A DNA stretch of 63,885 nucleotides, the filler included, from Octopus bimaculoides (Eukaryota), in assembly GCF_001194135.2 (NCBI RefSeq). It is 7 parts of 6 records of this genome, joined end to end, with 100 filler letters (N's around TTAATTAATTAA, not from the genome) between each part and the next. Parts side by side here need not be neighbours in the genome. Positions count along the whole stretch, not along the records: positions 59,677 to 63,885 come from NW_026327257.1; 6 more parts are not named here. One strand, 5' to 3'. Shown here piece after piece: positions 61,626 to 63,885 of the stretch. The notes below the pieces were generated by a model, which made no database searches, was not told the DNA's origin, and saw nothing but the letters and a program-made list of their open reading frames with translations. Every line of letters starts with the position of its first letter. The first letter of the stretch is position 1. Position numbers and translations under genes: made by a program.

Positions 61626-63885
61626 GTCATGTTCTCAGCACAAGAAGCTATTAGCAGCACATAAAAACAGGTATTATGTCTACTAAATACTATTTATCAC
61701 TCACCAGATGGGACACGGAACAGTATACAATATATATATGTGTCTGCGTATGCGTGTGTGCGTGTGTGTATGTATGTATGTATGTATGNNNNNNNNNNGT
61801 GTGTGTGTGTGTGTGTGTGTATGATTTGAATCGACCTTGTCTTCATGTGTACAGATCATGGTGTATCTAAATACATAGACACGTGTAGGTACATACATAC
61901 ATAAATACATACATAGATATGCGACTCTGTGTGTGTGTGTNNNNNNNNNNNNNNNNNNNNNNNNNNNNNNNNNTGTTCAGTGATGGATTCGAGAGTTTCG
62001 TTTATTTATGAGTTGATTTCTTATTTTCACCGGAGTATAGATACTTATAATGGTGATACTTAAAAACAAATTTCCCGATAAGCATGTAGCCATATTATTT
62101 ATATCCTGCAGTTGACTACAGTACGTTGAATTCGCCTGCCTTCATTGAAAAACGTTGAAAACACTTCTCAAATTCTATGCAATAGTTTCTATACTTATTT
62201 CATTTTGTTCACTTTCCTTTTCACAACCGTGATTTTTATTTGAATAACCANNNNNNNNNNATTTTGTTCACTTTCCTTTTCACAACCGTGATTTTTATTT
62301 GAATAACCATTTACTTAGTCATTTGCAAATTTTACTTTTATGGTTTGGCATAGACATCGATCAAATCCACTTTTAGCCGCCATCTTCTTAGTCTTCTAAA
62401 TCTCTTTTAGGCAAACAATTACAAAGCTTAAGTTAGTTCAATTAAAAAAGTATGTCTGCGCAACGCATTGTAAGCCACACTATAATTTGAGAAAACCTTT
62501 ATCTGCGCGCAGGGTATGCATCACCCCTGAAATGCCTTTTTTCTTTTCCCTTTCAATAGCAATTTCTAATAAAATATCCGAAATAAATTTGAGACAATTT
62601 AAATAGTTTAGTATTTAATTTCAGAACAACCAGGTTTGTCANNNNNNNNNNGACAATTTAAATAGTTTAGTATTTAATTTCAGAACAACCAGGTTTGTCA
62701 ACTCCTATCATAAAAGAATCCTACAACCAGTGGATAATGGCTATGAGTCTTACAATCTTGTTTCANNNNNNNNNNAATCCTACAACCAGTGGATAATGGC
62801 TATGAGTCTTACAATCTTGTTTCATTAAATTATGTATGGTAGAGCTTTCTGTCACATCCCATAATTTTATAGACAAAGGAAGTNNNNNNNNNNTATGGTA
62901 GAGCTTTCTGTCACATCCCATAATTTTATAGACAAAGGAAGTCCTTCAAGGAAGGTTCATGGTGTTTTACTTATTTAAAATGTTTTCTACGTCTATGGTG
63001 CAAAAAGTCTTGAAATCAAAATGAAAATTAAGATGCGATAACAACCGAGTAGTATGAAGTTAAATATTGTCAGGCAAAATAGTACTTTTCCATTATCTGT
63101 GATTATTTGAAGTTATTCCGATACTGTGGAGTCAGTGTGTCTTTTCCTCAATCACATGGAATTGGTGTAACAAATGCCGTGAATTTGGTAGCTAGTAAAT
63201 AACGAGCATCTTAAAGCTAGGATATAAAACAAAATGATTCTAAATTGTACTCTCACAACCCTACGAATTTTTATACAAGCATCCCCACTTTAAACCGGCC
63301 TTAAACCATAACAGAACAAAGAGAGATATCCTTAGATAAATAATATATCATATAGAAATACTATCTCTATGTGATATATATCAAGAGAAAAAACATCAAT
63401 GTATGCATACCAGACATTTTATTCTAAGCTATAAATGAAGGGAGATAACTCTAAATTTGGCAGAAGATATTAAAACTGTTTAAATAACAATGGACGTGTT
63501 TAGGAAGGGGATTAGATATACAACAACAACAACAACAACAAACGAACTTTGAAAGTTTATCTTTATTTCAAAAGTTAATTTCTAACAAAGGAGCCAAACC
63601 AGTGAAGCGTATCTCTTATGTGGGAGATAGATCTGCTAGAATTAGTAGCTAAATCCACTGCACTCTACACCTCATTATTGTAAAGAAGGACACATAGGAG
63701 AATGNNNNNNNNNNTTATGGGTTCTCTATACTTTGATCAAAGGTATCTCTTTGGTCAGCATTCACCTGGGAGTAAACAACAGCAACATTTACACAGAAAT
63801 TCACCGTTCCTTTAATGAGAGATATCCAAGTGCAGCAAAGCACTCAGCATCTTGCAAAGCTTTTATGAGTGTCTCAAACGTACGT

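Noticed and set aside
59740-62945. Direct repeats of about 50 bp flanking 10-N gaps (59740-59850, 59907-60010, 62200-62310, 62590-62700, 62720-62820, 62830-62940)
   Set aside because: Overlapping contig ends joined by placeholder gaps; not CRISPR arrays or true tandem repeats.

Overview
AT-rich eukaryotic genomic scaffold with many N gaps, dense microsatellites, tRNA-derived SINEs, LINE fragments and DNA transposon fragments. The repeat landscape looks like an octopod cephalopod (inference). Almost all ORFs in the supplied track are microsatellite, gap or transposon noise; the real genes are short spliced exons that the track largely misses. Supported content: (1) a minus-strand, intron-containing gene (exons 7507-7676 and 5719-5963, 5' end unresolved) encoding a domain that resembles the bacterial VirK family (Agrobacterium/Xanthomonas/Legionella type); (2) a plus-strand gene with two tandem WSC domains, reconstructed from five phase-compatible exons (34783-41337), including a 21-nt microexon and a Tyr/Cys-rich tail; (3) an intact tRNA-Ile(AAT) at 21957-22030; (4) a Helitron, mariner/Tc1/maT/Tigger remnants, R4/Dong and RTE LINE pieces, and Penelope-type termini with hammerhead-like motifs. 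Weaker signals: an in-frame three-exon chain at 18064-19784 and a heavily decayed LRR/7TM-like region on the minus strand (about 46-53 kb and 60-63 kb). All family assignments come from motif recognition by eye; no database search was run.
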